Assembly: GCA_000708835.1 (NCBI GenBank)
Contig: DF237044.1
Span: forward strand, 62,001 to 126,000
Reading direction: 5' to 3'
Origin: Klebsormidium nitens
Lineage: Eukaryota > Plantae > Klebsormidiophyceae
Length of the DNA: 64,000 nt
Below, piece by piece: positions 1 through 12,099 of this stretch (position 1 is its first letter; every line of letters begins with the position of its first letter). The notes below the pieces were generated by a model. That model had not been told where the DNA came from and ran no database searches. It was given only the letters and a program-made list of their open reading frames with translations. A program made the position numbers and the translations under genes.

Positions 1-479
1 CTCCGAGTCAGTTCTCAAACACACGCGATTTTTGTTTCAACTTTCTACCAGTTCCTTTCAGCACATCTCGCAGCAGGTTCCCAAAAACTAAGTAGAATTC
101 ATTCAAACGAAGGATTCGCCGGTAGGTGCTATCAATATAATGGTCCTATTGGTACGTAAGAACCCTCGGCCCTCATGATCAAAACGTTTCTTTGTAAACA
201 TCCACTCCTCCGTTCCACCTTTGTTCCGTCTTCTGCTGCGGTAATTCAGACAACAATGAATGCTTCGGCATTGGGGCGCCCTCCAATCTCAAACCCGATC
301 TTTGAACACGTGTCTGTTCTAAACGAACGGCTCTCCTGGGCAGAGATACCTACAAACTTCCTCTCCAAAGACTTTTACTTTCATCCGTTCCGCTGCGATT
401 ATCCAAAGCGGCGCCAATCTGCACATGCAAGATTGCTCATCATTTTGCATGAAAGAAAGCGAAAGTCTGAGACTTCGGG

Positions 480-1540
480 CATGCGTACTCATTTCTCTCC
501 GAGCGGCGATCCGTTCTGCTGCAGCTCCGGTCTTCAATTATCTGCCAAACGCTGCAAGAGACTGGCTTCTGGTTTGGAGCTTCTGTTGATGCTGTTGACC
601 TGTTGCATCCCTCGGGTTCAAGGTTCTTATTCCGCGATCGATCCGCTCGTTCCGCTCGTTCCGCTGTAGCTCCCGGATCACTGCCATGGCACGAAAGGCG
701 GCTCCGACGGAGCGAAGCTAGAACAAACACGTTGCAATTTGAATAGTTCCGTCCTGATTCCGTCCTTTCGCTGTTGTTTCGCTGCAGCTTTTCGACCATG
801 GCCACGGCAAGAGGACGGCATCCAGCGCATTTTGTACTATCTGCACTGCTCTTCACACAAAAATGTTGTGCGCGGTGTATCATGTCACACTTCCGCTAAG
901 GCTCCGCTCTGATCTCCGCTCGTTCCGCTGCAGCTCCCCGACTACGGCCACTGCAAGAAGGCGGAATCCGGCGCGGAGCTTCTGTTCTGAATCTGTTTGG
1001 GCCAACTAACACCGCAAGTCAGGTATCCAAAGATACAACCGATGTACTCAGTCTTTTCCGCTTTACTGATTCCGCTCGTTCCACTGCAGCTCCCCGACTA
1101 CGGCCACTGCAAGAAGGCGGAATCCGGCGCGGAGCTGCTGTTCCACGCGGACGCGGAGGTGAATTGCCTGGCCATCTGGAACGAAGCGGCGGGAAAGCTC
1201 GGGGAGCAGCAGCTGATGAACCGGGCGGAGCAGAACTGGCAGCACTACAGGGAGGCGCATGGTCGGGGAGACAACCCGGAGGAAGCTTGAGAAGGGGGTT
1301 AAGAAAAGGTTAGGTGGCTTATAATCTAGGTGAGGCTACGGGCGGTGGGGCGGCTCGGGGAACGCAAGCGAAGAACGGATTCGGCAGCGCTACACAGAGG
1401 CGCACGGCAGGGGGGGTAACCCGGAGGAAGCTTAAGAAGGGGGGTTAGCGAGGGTTAGGTAGCGGTGAAATCTAGCTTAGCTTAGGGGCGGAGGGGCGGT
1501 ACATGTCCCAGGGAATGTAAACGAAGAACCGGGCGAACGG
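480..1540 (+). repeat. Tandem degenerate copies of the acceptor + exon start (5 copies) and of the exon 3' end with stop codon (2 copies)
   Basis: The motif (ccgctcgttcc)gctgcAGctccccgactacggccactgcaagaaggcggaatccggcgc recurs with AG at 523, 668, 786, 932 and 1088. The segment gaggcgcaYggNNggggNNNNaacccggaggaagcttRagaaggggg-ttag occurs at about 1250-1350 and 1395-1500. Confidence 0.8.
1090..1290 (+). CDS. Probable terminal exon of an unidentified gene (or TE gene) whose upstream exons lie outside the window or are lost; LPDYGHCKKAESGAELLFHADAEVNCLAIWNEAAGKLGEQQLMNRAEQNWQHYREAHGRGDNPEEA*
   Basis: Strongly GC3-biased codons begin right after the acceptor ...ctgattccgctcgttccactgcAG (1088-1089) and run to TGA at 1288-1290. 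No protein family recognised. Confidence 0.45.
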   Translation, partial: LPDYGHCKKAESGAELLFHADAEVNCLAIWNEAAGKLGEQQLMNRAEQNWQHYREAHGRGDNPEEA

Positions 1541-4500
1541 ATTTGAGAAGCATGACCCCCCCATGGGGTGGGGGCGGGAAAAGGAACTATAATAGATTTG
1601 GGCTATATAACTGGCGCTGGGTACATAGGTCTTCGTGTAGCAAATATCAATTGAATAGGAACTTGAATGCTCGGTGGAACGCTATCATTCTTGATATCAC
1701 TCCGTCTTCTGGTTTGAACAAGGATAATGTCGCTCTCCATGGAGAATATATAAACCCCGGGTACCGAAGTCTGGCCGTCCGACGGAATCTTTAGTTAAGC
1801 GCAATCGCGACCTTCTTCTTCGTATGTTCTACCTGTTCTGCAAATGCTTCAAGCGGCACGTTGATGCGACAGACAAATGTCTTAGGAGCTCAGAAAGATT
1901 TGATGCCGTTTTCATGTCCATTCTGATTTTCACTTTATGGGTTTGTGTCTGTTCGTCCAAGAACAAGGAGGCAATGAAGTTGACCTGAACCTGGATGCAA
2001 GCATCCAGTAGACCTCGCAGTATAGTTTTAGCCTCACACGAGAGAGAAGCTTCTCTAAACACTCAGGGGGTTTCGCACTGCTTACTGCCCTGAGTGACTT
2101 CGATTGTTCGAGAATCCTAGCTGCTGTGGTTGGTTGCTCGACGAAGTCTTTAAAAGGCCTGCGCCGGTAGCTTTTCAAGGCAACTTCAAAGTTAAGTACC
2201 ATCTTTAACCGTGTGCTAACGCTATATCGTCGATACCGATGCAAACCCACCAACATAACCACATCTGCTAACCTGCCCGCTCGCCTGCTCACATCTATGC
2301 CTCTGAGCACGGGCGTGTAAGCTGCATGCCGCCGGTTCCACGACGAAACTGGCAGCTAACAGGGTTGCTTGCGGGCTGGTTGCCGCCTGGTTACTTCGAT
2401 AACCAGACAGATAAGCAGGATCAGATCGAATCCATGTCTTCCGAGTACGTATGGATCAACGACAGATTTGTTGCTTGCATGCACCAATCAATTCGGTTCT
2501 TGGGGGTACACGTCAGCACGGCAAAATCGTTTTTGGTCTGTCAGTTGTATCGGTCTGCAGTTTCAGAGGTCCGCAACGGGACGTTCGAATAGTTTTGCGC
2601 AGCTCCCTGTCTGCTTTCCATTTGTATTGTGTGTCTCTAGGCCTTGGCGCCTCCAAGCGCACTGTGTAGTGATCGTCTGTCGAACAAACTCTCCACGCAC
2701 TCTTCGTTTTTATCTGTCGAAAATTCTCTGTCGAAAAAAAAATTTGGGGCACTCTTCGCCCCGACACCTTCCAAACCACATGAATACGCCAACCATGCTC
2801 AGTACTGACTGCATTCCAGTTCTTTAAACCCGGGGTTTCTAAAGGACTGACGGAATGAGAAGCTTCAAATTGCCTCCATGAGTTTGTCAAAGCGACGCGC
2901 CGGGGGCAAGGACGAACAAGTTGGAATGCACACGTTCCAAGTATGCTTTCAGTTCTTTGAGCCTCCTTAAAAGCAACGGTCCGACTTCAGCGGCTTGGCT
3001 GTGCCTTTAATTTTATAACAGTTTTTGCCGAAGACGGAGTACAGACTTAGGAAGCGCTCTCCTCGCGCAAAATCTCAATGTGGGCAGCTCGAAAAAAGGT
3101 AGAGGCGGCCAGTTCAACAAGCCGTCTGGTCGTTTAAAGTTGCAAAGAACTTCGAGTGCTAATCACCGCCCTCGATGCGAGCATATTTGGGATATTGAGG
3201 CTGCCGTTGATCTGCATTTGCAGGGCAATGATAAAAAGAAATGGGCCGTTCGGATGCCCGCGCCCAGAGCTCCTATTGCGATCTGGACATTTCTTGAGCC
3301 CGTTGCTAATCGAAACGGCTTTAGTGGTCAAGTTGGGTACCGCTAGCAATGTTTCGAAAAGTTCATGGGCGCTGAGGACAGGCTTTCACGTCAGCGGCAC
3401 TTCTCTTCAGCTATCTTTGCTCCGCAGCTCCATGTCAAATTCGTTTAAGAATCAGAATAAGACGGCGGCCATGGCCACTGGCAAGGACCGCAGTCTCTTA
3501 CATCGGAAGGGTGTTCTAGAAGACAGTGATCCATGTTCCGTGCCGCCGCGTGCTTTTCGCGCGCCCTGCTTCTTACTCCTTCCGTCCCATTCCGTTCGTC
3601 CCGCTGCGCTGCTCTGCTTTTGGCCCCACCGTGACTAAGGAGGGTTGCGTGTCCTTTTTTAGTATTATCAAAACCGTGTTTTCGATTTGTCACTAATGGC
3701 AGTCCGCTGCACAACCCGCTGCACAGCCTGATTCGGTGCAGTCTGCCTCGAGCTATATCTTCAATCGCTCCACGTATGTACCATGTGCTTCAATCGTTGT
3801 GATGTTCTCTTTAGTAGCCTGAACTTCAAGTTGAAGCCATGGGGTGTTCGTTACGCGCGTGACTGTTGCTGGCCGGAAACCTTCAAGCATTCTGATCTGG
3901 CGGAAGGGGTCTGGCTTGGAGCAGGACTAGCGCCACCTGTCATGAAAGGTTCCCTTTAGGAAATTCCTGGGAAATTGAAAATGGCGAACGCAACTTGAGC
4001 ACCTACCGCATGCCGTTCATCCTAGTGCACCTCTGACTTCACGGTAAATAGTTTTAGCTCACGGCTTGTGACCTGGATCCAAGGTCACGGTAAACCATCC
4101 CAAAAGCTCGGACAAGGCAGCTGGCGATGACATCGCGAGGCAAGCTGTGAATTCTCACAGAGCTCGTGCTTTCTTCACCTGGAACTTGAGCCGGTGCATG
4201 GTCTGAGGTACCGCAACTGTCTTGTTCCATGGATTGCAAAGAATCTAATTGCGGCGCCACAAAGTTGGACTCGCTTAACATAGCGGATTACTGCAAAATC
4301 TTGAAAGACCTGAAAACTTTAATATTCAGCTCGTACAATCTTTTGATTCTCGTCTTTTGGTTCGTACCAGATGGGCCTTGTTGGGCGTGCGCATACCTTC
4401 GAAGTAGTTCCCGTTTGCGACTGCGGCGCTTGCATTAGATTCTGACTCCTGAAACAACTACCGTCGCTTCGTCTCAAATCTTTCAAGAGAAAGATCGATT

Positions 4501-5718
4501 CATGTTACGAATGCAGCTTCTCAGCGCACGAAGCCCAACCAAAAAGTTAAAAAGTTTCTTATCGATCTGGATTGGAACTATGCGCGGCAAGGAAGTGACA
4601 GACCAGTTGGGTGGTGACTGTCGCCCAGACTCTCGCCCCACCTCCGAAGACGATCAAGTAGCGTGGATCAAGAGCTACGGAACTAACCTTTTTTTGCCAA
4701 CGTGGCGTGGAATCATTCGTATCGTCTTGTCTACAACTTCTTCTGGGTACCTGAACGTTCGCAACTTAGGCGAGCTTTGATCGTCTACGAACATCAGTCT
4801 CTCGAAATTTGTCCAGCGACGTTGAGGCTATTTATTCGACTGCTACTTAGGTTGTACAGATTGCCATCGCGGGGAGCAAGGAAGAAAGGGCGCGTATCGG
4901 GGCTTATTTGTGCTCATTTAACACTTCGACCCACTTCTGAAGCTCTCGAAGCCTGCTTTGTGCAGCTGTACAAATGCACACACTGCTCGCGCGCGAGGTG
5001 CTCTTGGTGTGTCTACTTCAGCCCTATGCAAACAATATATCAAACTGGCATCCGTTCAGTCCGACAGTCCGAAAGTCGCTTGATTTTGCAACCCGGCTCG
5101 CAACACTCGGAGTGCGAGCATTGCTTTGCGTCTAGCTAGAAGAAAAAACGTTTGCCACGGATTGGGCACAGCACAAAACGTCTCAGTCGAAGGGCAATGA
5201 TAAAAGTGCGCCTGACTTTGTTTTGTTTGGGTCAGAAGTGCACGTGAGTTGGATCCATTGGACCGAGCCCATCAGAAGTACTTCAAAAAATTTCCTTTAA
5301 CAGTCACAAAGCTTTTGGCGTTTGCCGGTTAAGAATAGTGTTTCGCAAAAATGGGTTCGACTGAATGGCCGTTATCGTGAGATAGAGTGGATTGGTACTG
5401 AGCGTAAACGCAGGGCTCCATGCACCCGTCTTACCAAGCGTTTCTTATTTGTTCGGTTTCAAATTAGCCCAGGCAGTGTTGTTCAGTGGCCCTTCAATGC
5501 TTCGGACGGAGGAACCGCGAAACACGAGTAACACGTACAATCCCCTCGTGATATTTGGGCTCGGAAAAGATTGCTATGTTGGGCTCGTGACGTAGATCAA
5601 CCCAAAATTGACTCACGCACGACGTGGCATCTGAGCCTCCATCCCTTCTACATGTCAAAGCGGATACGTGAATTTGTGAATCCCCGCATGTGCAGTCGAA
5701 GGGCCCCAAATGAATCCT

Positions 5719-5903
5719 CACTATAAATGATAGCCCGATTTAATTAAGATCGTTGTGAGGCCACTTCAGTCTTAAACCTATTCAGGTTTTCAAACTATTC
5801 TGGTCTTAAACGTTGTGTCAGACCATTTTGATCTTAAAAGCTGAATTTCTGAGATCAAAACGGCCTCAGCAAACGATCTTAAAGTGGTTATTGACTTATA
5901 GTG
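5719..5903. mobile_element. CACTA-type non-autonomous element (MITE), copy 1, 185 bp
   Basis: Termini CACTATAA...TTATAGTG (8/8 inverted). Internal gatcttaaa / aagatcgtt-aacgatctt subterminal repeats. Homologous to 7797-7984. TSD not preserved (cct / ggc). Confidence 0.75.
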
Positions 5904-7796
5904 GGCCTTGAACGGATAGGATAATCCGCGGCGACCCAACAACTTGAATCGCCAGCAATGGCGCATGCCCTTTCACCTTCAGATGCTCCCGCATCCGCGG
6001 AGTCACGGTGCATCGCAGCCGCAGTTTGTGAGAGTCTAACCTCGTATGCACCTAAATGAAGAACGGCATGGCTTTACACGCGTATTGCACGTACAAGTTT
6101 GGCTGCCCAGAGCATCAGTAAAACAACCTTCCCAACCCGAAGTCACCAAACGTTTTCTGTACCGCTGTCTTTGTTGCACCAGTGAGCCAGCAAACAAGCC
6201 GAGTAAGCGAAAGAAGGTCTGATTCGTTGGTGAGATCCATCTGAAGCAGCTTCTGTTGATTTCAGTTTCCACGGGTTCGAGAAGAGAGTGGACATTGATT
6301 GGGAGCGCTCGTTAATAGCGCGCCCAGGTGGCGGTTCCGTCTTTCTGAGGCCACCTTGGGCAAGATCTCTCTTCGGTGTGTCTGTAGAGCCTTAGAGTGC
6401 GCATCAGCATTGGGCAAAGCACTGCGGCTGTCAAAACTTGAGCCTTGAACGCGCCCAGGCGCTCAACTTGTAATGAAGCCACTAAGTCAGACAGTCATCG
6501 ACACAAGTTGCAGGGGCGTCTGTTCGCAGAAGGCAAATCCTTCTATTCGCAGGGGCCTCAAGGCAGCAAGTCCTGCGTTAAGGTCGCCGTCAGGATACAT
6601 AAGATGCGCTGTTCGGCGACCACAGCCGCTGCGAACGGGCTTCTCGGTCGCCCAACATGCGACACTAGGACGAAAGCTTCGTCAAGCTAGGTGTCCATGC
6701 GGATTTGCCAGCGTCAGGAAGGCTCGATAGCAAGTGTAGTACGGGCGAAAAATATAAGGTATTATAGCAATAATCAGGTGCCAATCACGTCGTTGAAGTC
6801 CGTCGCTCTCGGGTTCCGGCTTTGAGAAGATCAAGGAATCTAAAGGACCATCGTCTCTACCAAGCGGTTCTACTTCGTGAAAGTAGCTAAACTGCATCAA
6901 GAAAGTACCGGTGAAATTGTTCGTTCCGCTGTGAGTTCGATACCCTGTCGCCCTCATTTGTTCAGGTCATAAGCTCCACACTCAAGAGCGGGGGAAAGAT
7001 CCGGTCGTTCGTGTGCGTAGAACGAGGCAAGGAAGTCTCCTTGAAATTGTGGGTGCCCTTGAGACTACCCAACATGTGATGCTGGCGTTATGGACTCGAG
7101 CCTTTTTGTCCTTCAAATTTTCAATCCAGTTGCGCGTTTCAGAATCCCGTCACGAAGCAAATTGTTGCTCACAACGTGCGCTTGCAGAGATCAATCTTTG
7201 ATTGAAAGTTTAAGCTCGCGAACAAAAGCGAAAGTTTAGGTTTTCTAAAGGGAAAGCAATCGGTCACATGGAGTGTCGTTACAACACATAATACGTCCAT
7301 TGCAATCGTCCTGTAGAAGTAGAAAGCTTGTTGCGCACGCAATATGGTTCAATCTAGACATGGGAATTTAATCTAGGCGCACTATGGTCCAGTCTACTGA
7401 GCGGCGTCCGATTCTTCTGCATACATACTTCTAGCTTGTCGCACAGCAAGAGCAGGATGATCTTCCGCTGTCAGCGTCCCGTCAGAGGAAAGCCAGCTCC
7501 AGCTCGCACGTTTTCCAAAGCCCTGGAACCTAATTTCTTTACGTTTCAGTAAATGTAAGTGCATTTCACTCCGAGTCGATGCGTACGTACCAAAGACCGC
7601 ATGCCTGCTCTCATTTTAGAAACCAATCGATGCATCAGTTGGCCACGCAGCGTACAATGAGCCAGGCGAAACGGCTGGACGTACGTTCGTGGTGCAGTTA
7701 TAAAATTCTGGACCTGGTTGCTTTGAGAGAAGTGGTCCTTGTGTCCTTTGACCGACGCCAGTCCGGCGGTACCTAGCTCTGAACCCTCCAGCCTTT

Positions 7797-7984
7797 CACT
7801 AAAAATGATAGCCCCGTTTAAGATATCGATCGTTGCTAAGACCATTTTGATCTTGAACCGATTCAGCTTTTCAGGTTGTTTTGGCCTTAAACTTTGTGCC
7901 AGACCGCTTTGATCTTTAAAGCTGAGTTTTTGCGATCAAAACGGCCTCAGCAAACGATCTTACACCGGGAAACGTTCTATAGTG
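7797..7984. mobile_element. CACTA-type non-autonomous element (MITE), copy 2, 188 bp, 3-bp TSD TTT
   Basis: ttt-CACTAAAA...CTATAGTG-ttt. Shares cagacc(a/g)(t/c)tttgatctt(a/t)aaagctga and gatcaaaacggcctcagcaaacgatctta with copy 1. Confidence 0.85.
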
Positions 7985-10900
7985 TTTGGAGCGTTCGAAG
8001 GGCTAGTAGCAAGCGCGAAGTGCAAATCAGGACTCCGATCGAAAATCCGGCAATATGTGGGGCGGCCTCTAACATACCCACCATAACAAAGTGTTACTTT
8101 TGAGTCTGGGGCGTCAGATTAAAAGCTCGCAAAGTCTTTGAATTGAAGGCCCTGGAAGCAACCCTGAATGTGGCAACAAGGCAACCTTGAAATGGTCCTG
8201 CCTCGGCCTCAGTGAGAAAGGTTGGACTCCGTTGTTCGGCGCACGGCCGGAGGGCGAAGATAACAAATGACACGCGAGACTCGCTGTCGGCGAAGCACGA
8301 ATTCTTCGGCTTGAGCCACTCTTCTTACTGACACTCATTCAGTGGGAATTCAGTCACCCCGCTCCAAATCAAGACGTACGTTACTGATTAATTATTGCCG
8401 CTCTGCCAAAGAATGTCTGTCGAAGAGTACGCCAAAAAATACGCCAGAGAAAGTGAACGTGGGCGTTGCAAATTCACCCTAATATATGGCCTCCTGTACG
8501 TGTGAAAGCTCCGAGCTGTTCGAAGTTTTCATCATACTACTCAAAAACAGGAAAGCTTGTCGCTGAGTTGATTACCGCGTTGTCGACCTGGCAGAAATGA
8601 TTTCTGCACAAACTTCCCACCGGGTATTCATGTGACTCTGCACGCCGCCCACGATTCTCTCAATTGGTTGTGTGAGGGCGCACTTTAACGAGCTTTGTAT
8701 GCCTGTAATCTTGCATTTTCTTCCTCGTCAAGAGCTCTCTCGTTCATATACAATCGAATACTCAGGAGGACCGTGACAGGGAGTGCGCGACGTAGGAGGA
8801 TTCATGGCGTCCCTTGAGCTCTGAGGATCCTAAGATTTTCTGAAGTCATTACCTCAATGTGGGCAAATGAGAGGCGCGATTAAACTGGAATAAAATTTTT
8901 TGACTGAGTTTCCTCTAGTTAGCTGAGCCTTCAAAGTGGTGGAACACCGCCAAAATCTCAACTCCAAGGTACGGGCTTTTGTGTTGGCAAAACCTGCATG
9001 GATCACTCTCCTAAGTTACACGAAAGTTCTGGTTTCATCAGTGCCGTGACTGGAAGGCATGCGGGATTGACTCAACCAGCAACTTAACTCGTTTGCGCTA
9101 GAGATTAGTCGGCAAGGAAGTCGAAATACCTGGGCGGTTGACCTTGCCCAGTAGATGATACCTAACTGGAGAAACGGAGCCTTCTGATTAATTAGCACCT
9201 TTGGCAGACGCTAGCGGTACGTTCTCAATTCAGAAGGCAAAGTAGTCCCTTGTCATGAGCATGGCATCTATTTCGTACGTCACATGGTTCAATTGTCCGG
9301 CAGGACCTTGTCCTTACTCCTGCCAATTTTTGTGTACTGAATCAATCGAGGGCGCTTTTGGGCCTTGCGTACAATTGCTTCAGTCGCACGGAAGCAGCCT
9401 GAGCTTTACGGGAAAGCACTCCGCGAAGACGGAGAAAATCCTAGATTGTCAAGCAAGGGCGTGCATATTTATAAGAATGATTGAGTTCGCTAACTTTCGG
9501 TATAGCTGATCAGCATGACTTCGATCTTTACTGAATGTTAAGCCTGCAACCGTTTCCCCCGATGCGAGTTCCAATTTAAGCGTTTGAAAGATTATAGGAT
9601 GTGTACAGAGGTTCGGTACGCTTCCCGTCTGTCCCACTTGCTCAGTTTCGCGATACCAGTGCGGGAACGTTTTGCTGGTCTTTCGGGTCTCGCACTACGG
9701 GGCAAAGAAGATGGCTTGCTGTGTGGTGCTTCTGAACGTCCGCCGCCCAGCACGAGCTCGCGCCTTCACTGAGCCTTCGGACCTTCGCTACATCGACTTC
9801 ATTTAAGCTCATGACTACCCGTTACGCTCATGACTACTACTGCCATCAGTGATCAGTACTCGTGAATTCAGGTATCAACACTTGCTTAGAGCACATTCAC
9901 GTGCACGTTAGTCACAGGCTTTATTTCTCCGGTGCACCGAACGGAATGATCTGTACGCCATCGCACGATGTAGAAGAACCAGGCCTTTCTTCCAGATTAG
10001 TTGCCTTCGTACCAATCCGGCCGCTTTCTCGTCTTGGACGCGTCAATCAACCTCGGACAACGTCGGAGATACAAAAATCTGTTTTGGTTCGTCTCTTTCC
10101 ATCCGTTCCACTGCGACCGTCTGACTTTAACTCTTGATATGAAAGACAACGCTTCCGACGCGTGCTGCATTACTTGCGGAGACTACGAAATGATTGGTCT
10201 GAAAGAAGAGACTCTCAGCGCCCGACTCATCTCAGGGAGAAAAACGCCATGAACAAGGCGAAGCATGCACGACACTGATTTATGCAAGTAGACATATTCT
10301 TTCCACGATGTGGTTGACCTCTCTCTCCCCTGTGAGGTTCATTCCCACTCGGCAATGAGGAGCCTGCAAGTGTGGGCACCAGGAATGTGCCCACATGCAG
10401 AATCATGTGACAGGCTGATTGCTTTCCTGGTGTGCGACATTGACTAGGTTTGCCCGCTTTCTAGCGAAGCATTAGACTGTGCCAAAGCCTCCGAAAAGCT
10501 CTTGGATCAATTGTATGCAAAGACCCAGGAAAGCGCCTGTCTTACCTGGGGTCTTGTGAGAATATCGGCGCGATCATGGTACAGGACGCAACGGATCACA
10601 GCATGCGTGGTGGCAGGTCGATGACGCCGTAAGTAGTCATGGGCTAGTGAAAACTATGACAGTGGCTTTGTAGAGCCACATGCGAATGTTTTGTCGGTCA
10701 TTGGTTCATATCGACCGACGGCTGTTCTGACTGTTCGCAATCCAGGCGCGTTACGACTCTTCAACTTGGCCTGGAACGCAAATCCTTGAAACATGGGTGA
10801 AGTATACCGTGAGCGGCTAAACACGTGTCTTCAATTCCGCCACCCGGAAAATACATATTACAAAGCGAGAGCGTATCCTCTCCACAGGCTAGGCACCGCC

Positions 10901-12099
10901 CAGGGCTAAAAGAAACATTGAAGAGCCGTCATGAATGGGATCTTGTTCTCTCCGAGACCAATCTGCTCCTTCTTCCGCCCCTTGCCCGCCCCTTGTTTCG
11001 TGTTTTGAAAGGTAAGGGCACCGTATACGTACGATAACAAATCGGACGCTTCGATTCGTCTTCGGGGAAGAAGCACTCCAGTGTCTGACGTAACACCTCG
11101 AATGGGCGCAGGTCTCTCGGCCGGTGCAGACTTAAGCTAGACTCCCAGTGCAGCAAACGTTCCCCAGGCTGTTCACGTTCTTCAGGCCCCGCAACGTTCG
11201 TGACTGGCCAGCGGCAATGAAACCATCCGAGTGGGCTCGCGCCTAGTCAAAAGACGTAGCGAGAGCAATCGATCCCCTCAGGCTTACAGTTTCAGGGCAT
11301 TCAAGTGGGTATAAGGACCCTGCTTCCTTCGGATGACTGATTGCTGCTTGCAGCCTGGATCTTCGGCCAAGCGGCTTTCAAATGCCGGCAGATTCATCAC
11401 GTCATTCAAAGCTAGCGCTGCATCTGCTTGAGACTAGTGCCCACCCCACGACTGATACTGTAAGACGCAGTCTGCAAGTGACCTTTTAGTTTCCGAATCT
11501 GCTTTAGAATAGGTTCAAAGCATTTGGTTTGCTTTACACCATTGTCCAGCCTCGTGGATCGGCCTCAAAAGCGAGCTGCAGCGCGCGCAGCAGTCTCTCT
11601 AGCTTGTTCACATGCAAAAAGTTCCAAATCAGTCAGAATCCTTGCAATCAGGGATCTTCGCCCGCTTAAATCCATGGATTTCGACGGCCAGGAAAGATAA
11701 GGACGCCAGACAAGTGGGCGATGCCCCACAGCACGAGTCTCCACTAGGCTTTATTTGAGCCTCTGGTTCTTGAGATGATAGAGGAAGCGCGCAACGAAGG
11801 AGGCGGCGCGATGCTGACGTCGGCAATCTGCACTAAAGAGGAGCTTTATGATGGATGCAATATCAGTGTTTATGTATTTGCTGCTTTTCCTGAACAGTTT
11901 AATGTTGTGTTGCCGGCAAGAACGAATCACGTAGGCTTTGAGCTGAGGCCCACTGCGAGGTCTGAGTCGTATCTAAGCCGCCGGTAGTTCAATCTTATGA
12001 AAACGTGACGCCTTCCTAGAATTTTCCACCCCTTTTGCATGATCTTTATATGGAGAATTGTAATACAATCGGTGGGTCCAGTTAGCTAGAACTCTGAAT

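Noticed and set aside
9800-10650. Possible old CACTA element (gctcatgactac repeats at left; gtagtcatgggcTAGTG at right)
   Set aside because: The left end lacks a CACTA terminus and no TSD matches; only about 12 bp of inverted similarity.
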